A stretch of DNA of 47,567 nucleotides from Nitrospirota bacterium (GTDB lineage: Bacteria; Nitrospirota; Nitrospiria; Nitrospirales; NS-4): assembly GCA_963788195.1 (NCBI GenBank), contig CAWBGA010000003.1, positions 1 through 47,567 on the forward strand, written 5' to 3'. The notes below the pieces were generated by a model. The model saw nothing but the letters and a program-made list of their open reading frames with translations, did not search any database and had not been told where the DNA came from. The first letter of the stretch is position 1; every line of letters begins with the position of its first letter. The position numbers and the translations under genes are program-made. Shown here piece by piece: positions 26,145 to 36,751 of this stretch.

Positions 26145-28904
26145 ATGGAAAAGCACACAGACATTGTTGCCGCCACGAAACACTCGGAAATTGCCGAGGC
26201 TGAGCAAATTCTTCACGCGCAGACGGTGGACTATCAGACAGCCAAGGAGCTGGTGCTCAGGCTTAAAAAGAAGAAGCTTTTCGGATATGCGCGAAAAATA
26301 CTTTCCCTTGCTCGCCAGAGGAATATCGATATTGATCAAAAGTCGAGTCTGTGGCTCGCGCAACAGCATGCGTTGTGCACCTACAAAGACGCCGATTTGC
26401 CGTCTGACGAGCGGCTCGATCGCGCTCTGGCAATCCTGGAGAGCTATCTTCAAACACACCAAGACAGTCTGACAAGCACAAGGAATCAGGAGACGCTCGG
26501 AATAGCAGGCGCCATTCACAAGCGGAAATGGGAGGTGAACAATCAAAAACACCACCTTGAGCGCTCCCTGGCCTACTATCGACGTGGCCATAAGGAAGGC
26601 CCGGCGCACGACTACGGCTATACCGGGATCAATGCGGCCTTCATTTTAGACCTCCTGGCTCACCAGGAAATCAAAGAGGCGGACAAGGCCGGCAGCATCT
26701 CAGAGATCGCCGCTGCCCGGCGCGAAGAAGCGGGCAAGATCCGGCGCACCCTCATCGACGTCCTGCCGTCCCTTCCGGAGCAAGCGGCCAATGCCTGGTT
26801 ACTAAAAGAATGGTGGTTCCACGTAACGGTGGCGGAAGCGTATTTCGGTTGTGGTTTGTATCAAGAGGCGCGCGAGTGGTTGCGGAAAGCTCATGCCCTT
26901 CCCGACGTCGCTGACTGGGAACGGGAATCGACCGCATGGCAATTGACTGGCCTGGCCGACATGCACGATCAAGACGAGAAGATGCTTGGGGAGAAGAATG
27001 ATTCCCGCGGCTACGCCGACAATCGAAGTGCAGCGTGGGACGTTCTGACGGAAATACTTGGGGACAACACCGAAGCTGTTCAACGATCATTCGACGGCAA
27101 AATAGGTCTCGCGCTTTCCGGCGGCGGGTTCCGCGCATCATTATTCCATATCGGCGTACTGGCGAAGCTTGCCGAGCGTGATGTGCTCCGCCGTATTGAG
27201 GTTTTATCCTGTGTCTCCGGAGGCTCTATCATCGGGGCCCATTATTACCTTGAAGTTCGAAAGCTGCTGAAGGAAAGACCGGACCGCGACATAACGCGCG
27301 AGGACTATATCGAAATTGTCAAGAGGATCGAGGAGGATTTTCTCAATGGGGTGCAGACGAATATCCGGACTCGGGTGGCGGCGGAATTCCAGACCAACGT
27401 AAAACTGATTTTCTCGAAACACTATTCGAGGACGCAGCGCGCCGGTGAGTTGTATGAAGAGAAGATATTCTCACAAGTTCAAGATGGCGAAGGGCATAAA
27501 CCCCGATGGCTCAATGAACTTAAGATTGTGCCCAAGGATGAAGTTCCGGAGTTTGCCCCAAAGCTTCATAATTGGCGGCGGCACGCGAAAGTCCCTACCC
27601 TGATTTTGAATGCCACTGGTCTCAACACCGGACATAACTGGCAATTTACTGCTTCGTGGATGGGCGAGCCTCCTGCGGGTATCGACAGCAAAATCGACGG
27701 CAATGACCGCCTGCGCCGGCTGTATTACGAGGACGCTCCAGAAACGCCTGTGAATCATAGGCGGGTTCGTCTCGGGCATGCGGTGGCGGCCTCGGCCTGC
27801 GTGCCGGGTCTGTTTGAACCCCTCGTGTTGGCGGATCTTTATGATGACATGACGGCGCGGTTGGTTGACGGGGGTGTCCATGACAACCAGGGAATTTCGG
27901 GTTTGCTTGAGCAGGACTGTACCATGCTATTGGTCAGCGACGGCAGCGGGCAAATGGATACTAAAAGGGACCCGAGCGCCGGCCCTATCAGTGTTCCACT
28001 TCGTGCCAATGACATTCTGATGGCTCGAGTGCGCGAGGCCCAATATCATGAACTCGACGCCCGCAGGCGCTCCTCATTGCTGCGCGGATTGATGTACGTG
28101 CATCTCAAAGACGAGATTGAAGGCACGCGACTTGATTGGCGGGGGTGCAAGGAAGCGCGCGACCCGGACGAGGCAGTTGCGAAGGACAGCTCTATAACGA
28201 GCTATTTAGTTCCTAAGGATATACAGAAACTCCTTGCCGGGGTTCGGACGGATTTAGATTCTTTTTCGGATGCCGAGGCCTATGCCCTGATGATCAGCGG
28301 CTATGGAATGACCGCAAGAAGGTTTCCCGCCGAATTGCTGGAGGGTTCAGGCGGTAAGGATGATGAACCTACGAACTGGCAATTCAGGGCGATAGAAAAA
28401 GAGCTGAACGGGGCGACGGTTAAGGGGCGTGATCTGAAAAAACTACTCAAGGCAGCAAGCTACCGCGCATTCAAGATCTGGAAACTGAACCCTCGGCTCC
28501 GCACGCTGGCCAGGGCACTGGCGATTGGAGTCGTTGCGTTCTTAGGGTGGGTGTGCTGGAAGTGGTGGGAGACAAGTTTGCTGTCGGTATCTGTTGGCAT
28601 GGTTGCGTCGGCCGTAGGGGTCGCAGTCGCCGGCCTTCTCTTCGGACCCACGATAATGAACTTGATCCGCTCCCGGAAAACACTTACTGAAGTGGGAGTC
28701 GGATGCGGCTTGAGCTTTGCAGGATTCCTTCTGGCTCAACTGCATTTGAGGGTCTTCGACAAAATGTACCTGAAATACGGCCGAGTAAGGGCACCCAAGA
28801 ATGCGATGCCGCTGCAGCCACCACCGTCCGAGATCCCCGAGCTTGGCGCATCGGGCCAGCGTCATAAAAATCAAAGGGGCCAGGAATCAAGCGTCATCAA
28901 GTGA
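26145..28904 (+). CDS. TPR (TPR-S/DUF4071-like) plus patatin-like phospholipase with C-terminal TM helices
   Basis: GGAGAAGG RBS before ATG 26145; QETLGIAGAIHKRKW TPR; LALSGGGFRA, SCVSGGS, VDGG; three hydrophobic segments. Confidence 0.88.
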   Translation: MEKHTDIVAATKHSEIAEAEQILHAQTVDYQTAKELVLRLKKKKLFGYARKILSLARQRNIDIDQKSSLWLAQQHALCTYKDADLPSDERLDRALAILESYLQTHQDSLTSTRNQETLGIAGAIHKRKWEVNNQKHHLERSLAYYRRGHKEGPAHDYGYTGINAAFILDLLAHQEIKEADKAGSISEIAAARREEAGKIRRTLIDVLPSLPEQAANAWLLKEWWFHVTVAEAYFGCGLYQEAREWLRKAHALPDVADWERESTAWQLTGLADMHDQDEKMLGEKNDSRGYADNRSAAWDVLTEILGDNTEAVQRSFDGKIGLALSGGGFRASLFHIGVLAKLAERDVLRRIEVLSCVSGGSIIGAHYYLEVRKLLKERPDRDITREDYIEIVKRIEEDFLNGVQTNIRTRVAAEFQTNVKLIFSKHYSRTQRAGELYEEKIFSQVQDGEGHKPRWLNELKIVPKDEVPEFAPKLHNWRRHAKVPTLILNATGLNTGHNWQFTASWMGEPPAGIDSKIDGNDRLRRLYYEDAPETPVNHRRVRLGHAVAASACVPGLFEPLVLADLYDDMTARLVDGGVHDNQGISGLLEQDCTMLLVSDGSGQMDTKRDPSAGPISVPLRANDILMARVREAQYHELDARRRSSLLRGLMYVHLKDEIEGTRLDWRGCKEARDPDEAVAKDSSITSYLVPKDIQKLLAGVRTDLDSFSDAEAYALMISGYGMTARRFPAELLEGSGGKDDEPTNWQFRAIEKELNGATVKGRDLKKLLKAASYRAFKIWKLNPRLRTLARALAIGVVAFLGWVCWKWWETSLLSVSVGMVASAVGVAVAGLLFGPTIMNLIRSRKTLTEVGVGCGLSFAGFLLAQLHLRVFDKMYLKYGRVRAPKNAMPLQPPPSEIPELGASGQRHKNQRGQESSVIK

Positions 28905-28929
28905 CATGACGGGTGAAAGCCTCCTAAAA

Positions 28930-29023
28930 AACAGGGCCTGTTTGATGAGTCGTAAACAAAAAGCCATCATGCAAGGGATCACACGTTTTGCGGGAAGCTC
29001 CGCCGGAACGATTACGGCCGGCC
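28930..29023 (+). pseudogene. Deleted remnant of a paralog of the patatin at 30694
   Basis: gtttgatgagtcgtaa at 28940-28955 equals 30630-30645; it is followed by QKAIMQGITRFAGSSAGTITAG (intact gene: QKGIMPGITRYAGSSAGAITAG). Confidence 0.8.
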
Positions 29024-30596
29024 GACGAATGGGGCAAGAATGGTCGGACCGAAGCCTGGCTTATCCATTCAGGGGAGCGACTCGAGGCAGCTGAGGCGGT
29101 GCAGCGGCGGCCGGACTTCAACAAGTTGCTCGGTGATCAGGACACGGACTACCTCGCCGCCTGCGGGCCAGGAGGAAGCGACCCGGGCTGAGCGCGAGGC
29201 GCAGGTGAAGCGGATAGCTGAGGAACAGGAAAGGGTTGCCGTAGAACAGAGAAAAACCGCTCGCCTGCAGCGGTGGAGCACACGACTGTTAGTCGCCATT
29301 GCCATAGTCGTCGTTGGCGCGGGAAGCTGGATTGTCATGCAGGCGCGAGAGGTTGGGCGCCAAACCTCGCTCGTACTGGCGACGGCGGCCCGGGACGCGA
29401 GCGATGCTGGTTTCCATGACCGAGCATTACGTTTCGCTGTGCTGGCCGCGAGAAGCAGTTGGTTCGCGCCGGCCGCAGTCGAGGCCGAGTCCCAACTTGC
29501 TCGTGCCGCGCGCTCGTCGACAATGGTGGCGCAGTTGAGCGGGCACACGGGCAGCGTAGAGTCCGCCGCGTTCAGCCCGGATGGGCAGCGTGTGGTGACA
29601 GCATCGTCTGACAAGACGGCGCGCGTGTGGGATGTTACAACGGGAAAAGAGCTTGCCCGGTTCCTGCAGCAAGACAGTGTGAGCTCCGCTGCCTTCAGCC
29701 CCGATGGACAGCGCGTGGGGACAGCTTCGTTCGATCAGACGGCGCGGGTGTGGGACGCGACAACGGGAAAGGAACTTCTGCAGCTCAAGGGGCATGGGGG
29801 CCCTGTAGTGTCCGTCGCCTTCAGCCCGGACGGGCAGCGCGTGGTGACAGCTTCCGAAGATGAGACGGCTCGGGTGTGGCACGCGGACGGGACGGGCAAG
29901 GAGGTGGTGCTGCAAGGGCATGAAGATAGAATCATGAGTGCGGCGTTTAGCCCGGACGGTCGGTCGGTGGTCACCGCTTCCGCGGATACGACGGCGCGGG
30001 TGTGGCGCGCAGACGGCACGGACTCGCCGGTGGTCCTGCAAGGGCATCAAAGTATAGTCACGAGCGCGGCGTTTAGCCCGGACGGGCGGTCGGTGGTCAC
30101 CGCTTCCGTGGATACGACGGCGCGGGTGTGGCGCGCAGACGGGACGGGCTTGCCGGTGGTGCTGCAAGGGCATGAAGATAGAGTCACGAGTGCGGCGTTT
30201 AGCCCGGACGGGCAGCGCGTGGTGACGGCTTCCTGGGATACGACGGCGCGGGTGTGGCGCGCGGACGGGACGGGCTTGCCGGAGGTGCTGCGAGGCCATC
30301 AAGATAGAGTCACGAGTGCGGCGTTCAGCCCGGACGGGCAGCGCGTGGTGACGGCCTCCGAGGATAAGACCGTGCGCGTGTCGGATATGCATTGGCTGAC
30401 CCAGTATAAGGGACGAGAACTCATTGAGGCTGTGTGTCAGCAGAACCTAGTCGGGGCGCGCATTTTGAACGAAAATGACGTCGCGGCTGTTCCCATCTTG
30501 AGTGGCCATCGGGGGGAAGACGTGTGCGCTCCGTCACCTTTTATTGCGCGTCTCATCTCTACAGTGCAGTCGAAAATGCAGGCACTCATCCCGTAG
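29018..30596 (+). pseudogene. 5'-truncated, frameshifted WD40-repeat protein (C-terminal part of a STAND/TIR-WD40-type protein)
   Basis: ADEW...WLIHSGERLEAAE...YLAAC segment in a different frame (+1 shift near 29165); coiled coil; TM; seven GH...AFSPDG...TARVW repeats; no valid start. Confidence 0.8.
29536..30386 (+). repeat. Seven highly similar ~126-bp WD40 coding repeats
   Basis: Recurrent gcggcgtttagcccggacgggc...acggcgcgggtgtgg. Confidence 0.9.
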
Positions 30597-30693
30597 GAAG
30601 TGCCTAGCTCCTCGTAAGAATCAGGGCAGGTTTGATGAGTCGTAAGCAGCGGTCAAAATAGAGCGACAGCGCTGACAATGAGGAGAATCAACC

Positions 30694-31629
30694 ATGGCCT
30701 ATCCGTTTGAGAATCTGGTGTTTGAAGGGGGTGGTATCAAGGGCTTGGCGTTCTGCGGCGCGATTGCGATCTTGGAACAAAAAGGTATCATGCCTGGAAT
30801 TACACGTTATGCGGGAAGCTCTGCCGGGGCGATTACCGCCGGCCTGCTTGCTTGCAACCATAACTCCGCTGAGATCCTCGACATTCTGGGCAAAAAAAAC
30901 TTTAACGACTTTAAGGATGAAGACTTCGGCGCCATCCGCGATTCCAGGCGAGTGCTCAAACAATACGGGTTTTATGCCGGCAAAGAGTTCCACCGCTGGT
31001 ATGGTGATCTGTTGAACCAAAAAACAGGCAATGGAGACATTACGTTTCAACAGATGAAAGAGAAATTCGGAAAAGAATTGATCATTACCGGCACGTGCCT
31101 CAACCGGCGAGAAACGGATTTCTACACAGTGAAACGCAACGCGGACATGCCGGTGCGCGATGCCGTTCGGATCTCGATGAGCCTGCCACTGTTTTTTGCG
31201 GCGGTCGAATGGAAGGGCGATATTCTGGTGGATGGCGGGGTGTTATTTAACTATCCCGTGTGGATCTTTGATGGCGCCTATCCAGGGGACCCGGCAGGCC
31301 GTGATGCTCCTGCCAATGCAAAGACACTGGGCCTGAAGCTCCAAACCGAGGACGAGGTGCAAGAGACGATATCGGGCGAGCACCGATCTCAAAAGATTTC
31401 GGATCTCAAGGATTTTGCGCTGGCGTTGGCCGATTGCCTCGGGACGCAAATCGAACGGCTTCATATCAAGCCGGAGGATTGGGAGAGAACGATTGCGATC
31501 AATACGAAGCATGTCAAGACGACTGCATTCGATATTCCAGATAGCGATAAGAAGATGCTGTACAAGGAGGGGTTGGCCGGCGCAGAAAAGTTCTTCGACT
31601 GGTACGACAAAGAGAAGCTCAAGGCATGA
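30694..31629 (+). CDS. Patatin-like phospholipase (ExoU/VipD-like group)
   Basis: GAGGAG RBS; LVFEGGGIKG, GSSAG, VDGG. Confidence 0.92.
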   Translation: MAYPFENLVFEGGGIKGLAFCGAIAILEQKGIMPGITRYAGSSAGAITAGLLACNHNSAEILDILGKKNFNDFKDEDFGAIRDSRRVLKQYGFYAGKEFHRWYGDLLNQKTGNGDITFQQMKEKFGKELIITGTCLNRRETDFYTVKRNADMPVRDAVRISMSLPLFFAAVEWKGDILVDGGVLFNYPVWIFDGAYPGDPAGRDAPANAKTLGLKLQTEDEVQETISGEHRSQKISDLKDFALALADCLGTQIERLHIKPEDWERTIAINTKHVKTTAFDIPDSDKKMLYKEGLAGAEKFFDWYDKEKLKA

Positions 31630-31632
31630 GAA

Positions 31633-32067
31633 TTACGTCGGCGAAAACGCAGGCAGCAATGGCTGACGTCTGAATATCCGCCACAGCAGGATCGTGAGCG
31701 GAAGACCGAACACAAGATCGATCAAGCCCAAGATGAGATACGCCTGAGATTGTCCAAACACGTAAACAGCGGCGGTGAAAAATGCCACGCCCGCCCACCG
31801 GGCAAAGACCGCCAATCCGGCATTTATCCGATGGACGACGGGATCAATCGCCGCCGGGATATAGAATAAACTCAGCAGGATCAGTAAATTTGCCGCGAAA
31901 CTCACCCAGATAGGGGTTAACGCCGGCTCTATCTTGAGTAATCCCAGAATGGTGTTCGGGCTAAACAAAGCGGGGACAGCGACGGCTATATTGACAGAGA
32001 TGCCCACCCACATCGTCCTTCGAAACCATAAGATTGCTGTGGCAATGTGTTTGTCATTTGCCGGCAT
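31633..32067 (-). CDS. Small 4-TM membrane protein
   Basis: Four hydrophobic segments; last gene of the minus-strand cytochrome operon. Confidence 0.8.
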   Translation of the reverse strand: MPANDKHIATAILWFRRTMWVGISVNIAVAVPALFSPNTILGLLKIEPALTPIWVSFAANLLILLSLFYIPAAIDPVVHRINAGLAVFARWAGVAFFTAAVYVFGQSQAYLILGLIDLVFGLPLTILLWRIFRRQPLLPAFSPT

Positions 32068-32142
32068 ACGGTGATCCTACCTCACTCAGTTGGTCCTGCG
32101 TATTGCGGTTTTAGAACCGATCCAAGCTTTCTTGGTCACTTG

Positions 32143-33618
32143 TTAAAGGGTTTTCAGATACTCCAACAACGCTGTTTTATCCTCCTCTGGGAGGTTCGTG
32201 CCATAGGTATGGCCGGTATTCGCATTGCCTTTTTCGGTTGTCACATATAGAAACCCGGCTTGCTCGGTCTTCGGAACTGCGGAAGTAAATCCCACCTTCT
32301 CAAAGTCATACACGTCATTTCCTCTCCAGAATGCAGCTGGCCGGTTTCCAACGGTTTGTAAGAGATCATGCAAGGACGGCACGGAGCCGTTGTGAAGATA
32401 CGGAGCCCGGGCCCAGAGTCCATCAAGCGGCACCGCGACATACCCCTCCGTCGCACGGAAGTTCTGGAACTTCCAGGAGGCTTTAATATATTTGTTATAG
32501 CGCTCAGCCGAGTTCTGCCGCCACATGGCTAAGCGATGCCCATCCGTCTGGATCTCGGACAGCGGAATGACAGTGCCGATCCGTGGGGAGCCAACCCCGT
32601 GACATGACGCGCACTGAGTCTGGAAGATTCGACTGCCTCTCTCGGCCAGCGCTCTGTTAATGGGCAATGGATACTTAGGCGCGGGAAGGTCGGAGATCCA
32701 TGCTTCGAGGCGTGTCAGGTCCCCCAGTACAATCGACTTTTCCGTCGCTCCATCACCTATCGCAGAGCTCAACACGACTTCACGAAGGTTCGGGTTCATG
32801 CCGTCCCAATGCAGCGCTTGGTTGGCCCTTCCCCGTAGATTCCAAATTGATTGCATATCCGAATTGCCAATAGTCCCATCTTCCTCCATGTCAAGAATGC
32901 GATACTTCACCGGGTTAAATGGATCGATTCGGCCATGCCCTTGCCGCGGGTTTTTATTGAAAAAGTCGAATTGTTTCTTCTGCTCGAGCAAGGCTTTCTT
33001 GGTCTGAGGAATCAGCACGTACCGGTAGAGCAACTTCTCCGCGAATGACAAGGGGGCAAGAGCGTCAATCGCGGGCAAAAGAACATCGGCCGTGAAGCGG
33101 GGATCACTCGCGGCCTGAAAGAGGAAGGTTTGATACGATTGAATATCGACCTGATGACTTGGCGCACCCAGGAGAATTTCCGGACTGTCATCCGGACGTT
33201 TGCGCCATGTCGCCGTATGGCACAGCCCACAATTCACTCCTAATCGAGGAAAGCCGATCGTTTTTTTAGCGAAGCCGATGGGTGTCTCGCGCCCGGCTTC
33301 CCACACAAACCCAAATGAAGTGTAACCTCCCGTGGCTGGAAGCTGATCTGCGAAGACTCGCGGAAGGACCAGCCAGATCCAATACGGAATCCCTTCCTTC
33401 TGCTCGGTCCCGATCGATCCATACTTAAACTGCTCTTCGACGGCTTCGTAGTGGGTCTGGACCTCGCGAAACAGGTAAAACCACGCAACTCCTGCCAAAC
33501 CCAGGAGCACCATCAATACGCCTCCCCAGAACCGAAGCTTTCGTTTCTTCCGGGCCTGCCGGATTTTTTCTTCCTGCGCTTCAACCGACATCGCAACCTC
33601 TGGCGTGGGCATGGTCAT
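32143..33618 (-). CDS. Membrane-anchored di-haem cytochrome c, RoxA/MauG-like
   Basis: N-terminal TM; CGLCH and CASCH; LDGLWARAPYLHNGSVP; GHTYG...LLEYLKTL. Confidence 0.88.
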   Translation of the reverse strand: MTMPTPEVAMSVEAQEEKIRQARKKRKLRFWGGVLMVLLGLAGVAWFYLFREVQTHYEAVEEQFKYGSIGTEQKEGIPYWIWLVLPRVFADQLPATGGYTSFGFVWEAGRETPIGFAKKTIGFPRLGVNCGLCHTATWRKRPDDSPEILLGAPSHQVDIQSYQTFLFQAASDPRFTADVLLPAIDALAPLSFAEKLLYRYVLIPQTKKALLEQKKQFDFFNKNPRQGHGRIDPFNPVKYRILDMEEDGTIGNSDMQSIWNLRGRANQALHWDGMNPNLREVVLSSAIGDGATEKSIVLGDLTRLEAWISDLPAPKYPLPINRALAERGSRIFQTQCASCHGVGSPRIGTVIPLSEIQTDGHRLAMWRQNSAERYNKYIKASWKFQNFRATEGYVAVPLDGLWARAPYLHNGSVPSLHDLLQTVGNRPAAFWRGNDVYDFEKVGFTSAVPKTEQAGFLYVTTEKGNANTGHTYGTNLPEEDKTALLEYLKTL

Positions 33619-35115
33619 TTATAACGTTTTCAGATATTCGACGAGGGCGGTTTTGTCCGGTTCCGACAAGTCCGTACCATAATCATGGCCGGTATTATGA
33701 TTTCCCTCAAGGGTCGTATCGAATGAAAAGAACTGTCTGACGCTGTCGCCTGATTGAGTGGCAAGAAATCCGACCTTCTCCTGATCGTATACATCGTTGC
33801 CTCGATAAAAGATTTTGGGTCTGTCCGCCGGCGGTTTGAGCAGATCCGCAATAGTCGGAACGGAGCCGTTATGAAGGTACGGTGCTCGTAGCCAAATTCC
33901 ATCAAGCAGTGAATTGACGTAGCCGTTGGTCTTTCTGAAATTTTTAAAGCGCCATTCAAATCCTGCGCCGACCGTATTCATGTTGCTTGCCACGGCCGGC
34001 GAAAATGAATCCAGCCGTCCCCTGTCGGTTTGAATCAGCCCAATCGGCACAACCTTGCCAATATGGTCCCCTTTGGCGTCATGACACGCGGCACAACGGT
34101 CTTGGTAAATCCCTTTCCCCGCGGCCGCCAAAGTTTGGTCGACTTTAAACGGGTAGGGCGGGGGCGGGAGGGTCCATAACCAATTTTCTATCCGCTTCAA
34201 ACGTTTCAGGTCGATCGTTTCGGGTGTCACACCTGCGCCGGTTGCGGCGCTCTTGTTTCGTTCTTCGACAGAGGCGTTATTCCCGTCCCAGTGAGAAGGC
34301 AGATTCTGTCTTGCCTGCTGGTTCCAGATAGAGGGCGGATCGGCCGTCCCTACCGGTTCCTTGCTCATCGCGCTTAACGGGTAGCGGAATACGAGGGTCT
34401 TATAAGGATTGAATGTGTCGACACGTCCAGGCCCCAAGCGGGGGCGGGGATGCTCGGGATCGTTCAAGAATGAGAGCAGCCCACCGCGAGTAATGATACC
34501 TTCGCGCGTTCGTGGAATCACGATATAGCGGTAGACCATCCTCTCGATAATGTTCAAATCCGCGCCCTGTCTTTTGATCGCAAGCATGATGTTATCGGCC
34601 GTGAACCGCGGATCATGGGCAGCGCTTGTGACGAATTCGTGATACAGCTGCAGATCCACGGTGTTCGGCGGCATGCCTAAATATATCCGCGGCTCACTCC
34701 CTGGGGTTTCACGCACCGTTCCCGTATGGCAAAGGGCGCAGTTCATGCCAAGCAATTCAATCACCCTTCGACGCTTTGAGAAGCCAATGGGAGTGTCTAT
34801 GTATTGGCCGGTGCGGGGATCTTTTTCCATCACAAAGCCTAACGACTTGTACCCTCCCGGCAGTTTTTCTGGAAACATGGCCGGAAGCACGCGCCAAATC
34901 CAATACGGAAACCCATTCGCAGGATTGTCGCTTCCAATCGATCCATACTTGAAATGGTCTTCGATACTCGAGTAATCAACAGGTCGATTGGGGTGGAACT
35001 TAGACAAGAGCCAGATCCCGACGATCAGGAGCAGGCCTATGACGATGCCGACCCGGACGAGCTTCCGCCGGCGTATATACTGTTCGAGAGGTGTGGGCTG
35101 TTCCCGAGTCTCCAC
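33619..35115 (-). CDS. Membrane-anchored di-haem cytochrome c, RoxA/MauG-like (paralog of 32143-33618)
   Basis: N-terminal TM; CALCH and CAACH; LDGIWLRAPYLHNGSVP. Confidence 0.88.
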   Translation of the reverse strand: METREQPTPLEQYIRRRKLVRVGIVIGLLLIVGIWLLSKFHPNRPVDYSSIEDHFKYGSIGSDNPANGFPYWIWRVLPAMFPEKLPGGYKSLGFVMEKDPRTGQYIDTPIGFSKRRRVIELLGMNCALCHTGTVRETPGSEPRIYLGMPPNTVDLQLYHEFVTSAAHDPRFTADNIMLAIKRQGADLNIIERMVYRYIVIPRTREGIITRGGLLSFLNDPEHPRPRLGPGRVDTFNPYKTLVFRYPLSAMSKEPVGTADPPSIWNQQARQNLPSHWDGNNASVEERNKSAATGAGVTPETIDLKRLKRIENWLWTLPPPPYPFKVDQTLAAAGKGIYQDRCAACHDAKGDHIGKVVPIGLIQTDRGRLDSFSPAVASNMNTVGAGFEWRFKNFRKTNGYVNSLLDGIWLRAPYLHNGSVPTIADLLKPPADRPKIFYRGNDVYDQEKVGFLATQSGDSVRQFFSFDTTLEGNHNTGHDYGTDLSEPDKTALVEYLKTL

Positions 35116-35119
35116 GGCT

Positions 35120-36505
35120 TCAACCTCTCGCCTTAGTCGCTACAGATGCAGCATCGTGAAATGACTGAGTTTCTTCAAACGGCTGGGGCTTAAATACCGT
35201 CAAAATCTCCTGCACCATTTTGTCGTAATCGCCGTCGTACCGGGAGACGTCGTAACAGCCGAGCGGGTTTTCTAACGCGTTCACCATGCACTTGTTGCAA
35301 TACGTGCATGGTTTCTCTGGCTCTTTGCCTTGTTCAAAGAGTTTGACGAGATTGTTATTTGCGAGCAGCGGCCGAGCGATGCTCACGGCATCGCAGAGGC
35401 CCTTTCGCAGAACATCAGCGATGAAGGAGGCGGTTTGAAACCCGCCGGTGCATAGGACGGGAATGGCGACATTCTGCTTGATCGCCCCGGCATGTCGGGC
35501 ATTCACTCCTTCGAACGCCTTGGCGTGGACGATGTCCTTGACTGTTCGATACCACGCCCATCGAAAGACCGGCTGCAACAGCTTGGATGAAAACATGCGA
35601 TAGTTAAACCGTGTTCTGGCCCCTTCGGATAGCATCGTGTCATAGGTATCGCGAGCGGTCTCTATGGGGAACGTGCCCGCGGGATTTCGCGGATGCGGAA
35701 ACATGCTTCCGGAAGACACGTGAATCGCATCGACACCGTTTTGCTCCAGCCATTTACAAATTTGGATCGTATCCGCCAGTGTGTTGCCGTTCCCTTCCCA
35801 TGGATACAAGGCATTGTTGTGGTCCTCGGCACTGATTTTCACTTGCAAATGAAAATCTCGCCCGACGGTCCGGCGGATGGCTTCGACAATCTCAAGAAGG
35901 AAGCGTGCTCTGTTGGCTAAGCCGCCTCCATACTCATCTTTGCGGTCATTGATTGCGGAACTAAGGAATTGAGTGATGAGATAGCCATTGGCCGCGTGTA
36001 ACTCGACGCCGTCTAGATCCGCCTCACGCGCACGCCTGGCCCCATCGGCAAAGAGTTGGATGGTTTGCTTGATCTCGTCTCGTGTCATAGCCTGGCAGAC
36101 GATGCCGTGGAAGGCTTCCATTTTATTTGTTGCACTCAGCGCTTTCCTGTGGCGATTCTCGATGCCGCGAATATCCTGCTGCCGGCCGGAATGACTGAGC
36201 TGCATGATGAAGCGGCAGTCGTACTCATGCACTTTGTCGCCGACTTTGCGCCAAAAAGGAATACGGTCGTCGCAATCGATTGTGGCGTAATTCGGAACAA
36301 TACGACCCCGGATGGCCACCGGAACAAAAGATGACAGAATAGCGCCGACCCCGCCTCGTGCGAACTTTTCTTCCCAATTGATCCGTGCTTGGTTGCCGGA
36401 ACCGTCATAATTATCGAACCGTCCGGCGATGTTTGAGCGGAAGATGCGGTTCTTCACGGTGAGATTTCTGAATCGTAACGGTTCGAAGATGAGCTCATGT
36501 TTCAT
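35120..36505 (-). CDS. NADH:flavin oxidoreductase (old yellow enzyme family) with C-terminal Fe-S-type Cys motif
   Basis: LTVKNRIFRS, DGVELHAANGYLITQFLS, RKDEYGG, CTYCNKC...C. Confidence 0.92.
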   Translation of the reverse strand: MKHELIFEPLRFRNLTVKNRIFRSNIAGRFDNYDGSGNQARINWEEKFARGGVGAILSSFVPVAIRGRIVPNYATIDCDDRIPFWRKVGDKVHEYDCRFIMQLSHSGRQQDIRGIENRHRKALSATNKMEAFHGIVCQAMTRDEIKQTIQLFADGARRAREADLDGVELHAANGYLITQFLSSAINDRKDEYGGGLANRARFLLEIVEAIRRTVGRDFHLQVKISAEDHNNALYPWEGNGNTLADTIQICKWLEQNGVDAIHVSSGSMFPHPRNPAGTFPIETARDTYDTMLSEGARTRFNYRMFSSKLLQPVFRWAWYRTVKDIVHAKAFEGVNARHAGAIKQNVAIPVLCTGGFQTASFIADVLRKGLCDAVSIARPLLANNNLVKLFEQGKEPEKPCTYCNKCMVNALENPLGCYDVSRYDGDYDKMVQEILTVFKPQPFEETQSFHDAASVATKARG

Positions 36506-36751
36506 GGCTTCCCCTTTGAATGAAGCTCTATGACCAGCGCCGACATGGAGGCAAGGTGCAATTCATGTTCCTGCCGCCGTACATCATGCGCACATCCTTC
36601 TTGGGGCAGGGTCGTAGATAGACACTCGTGTTGGTGATTCGAAGCGTTGCGTAATATCACGAAATCGGCCGTTTGTCTGTTAGGGCATTTACCATGGGTA
36701 TTTGCCGGGCAGACAAGAATGATGGAACGTGCTAGCAATAACCCGTGAATT

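Noticed and set aside
30694..31629. CBASS (CapV-like) assignment for the patatin
   Set aside because: No CD-NTase or Cap2/Cap3 gene is visible in the window.
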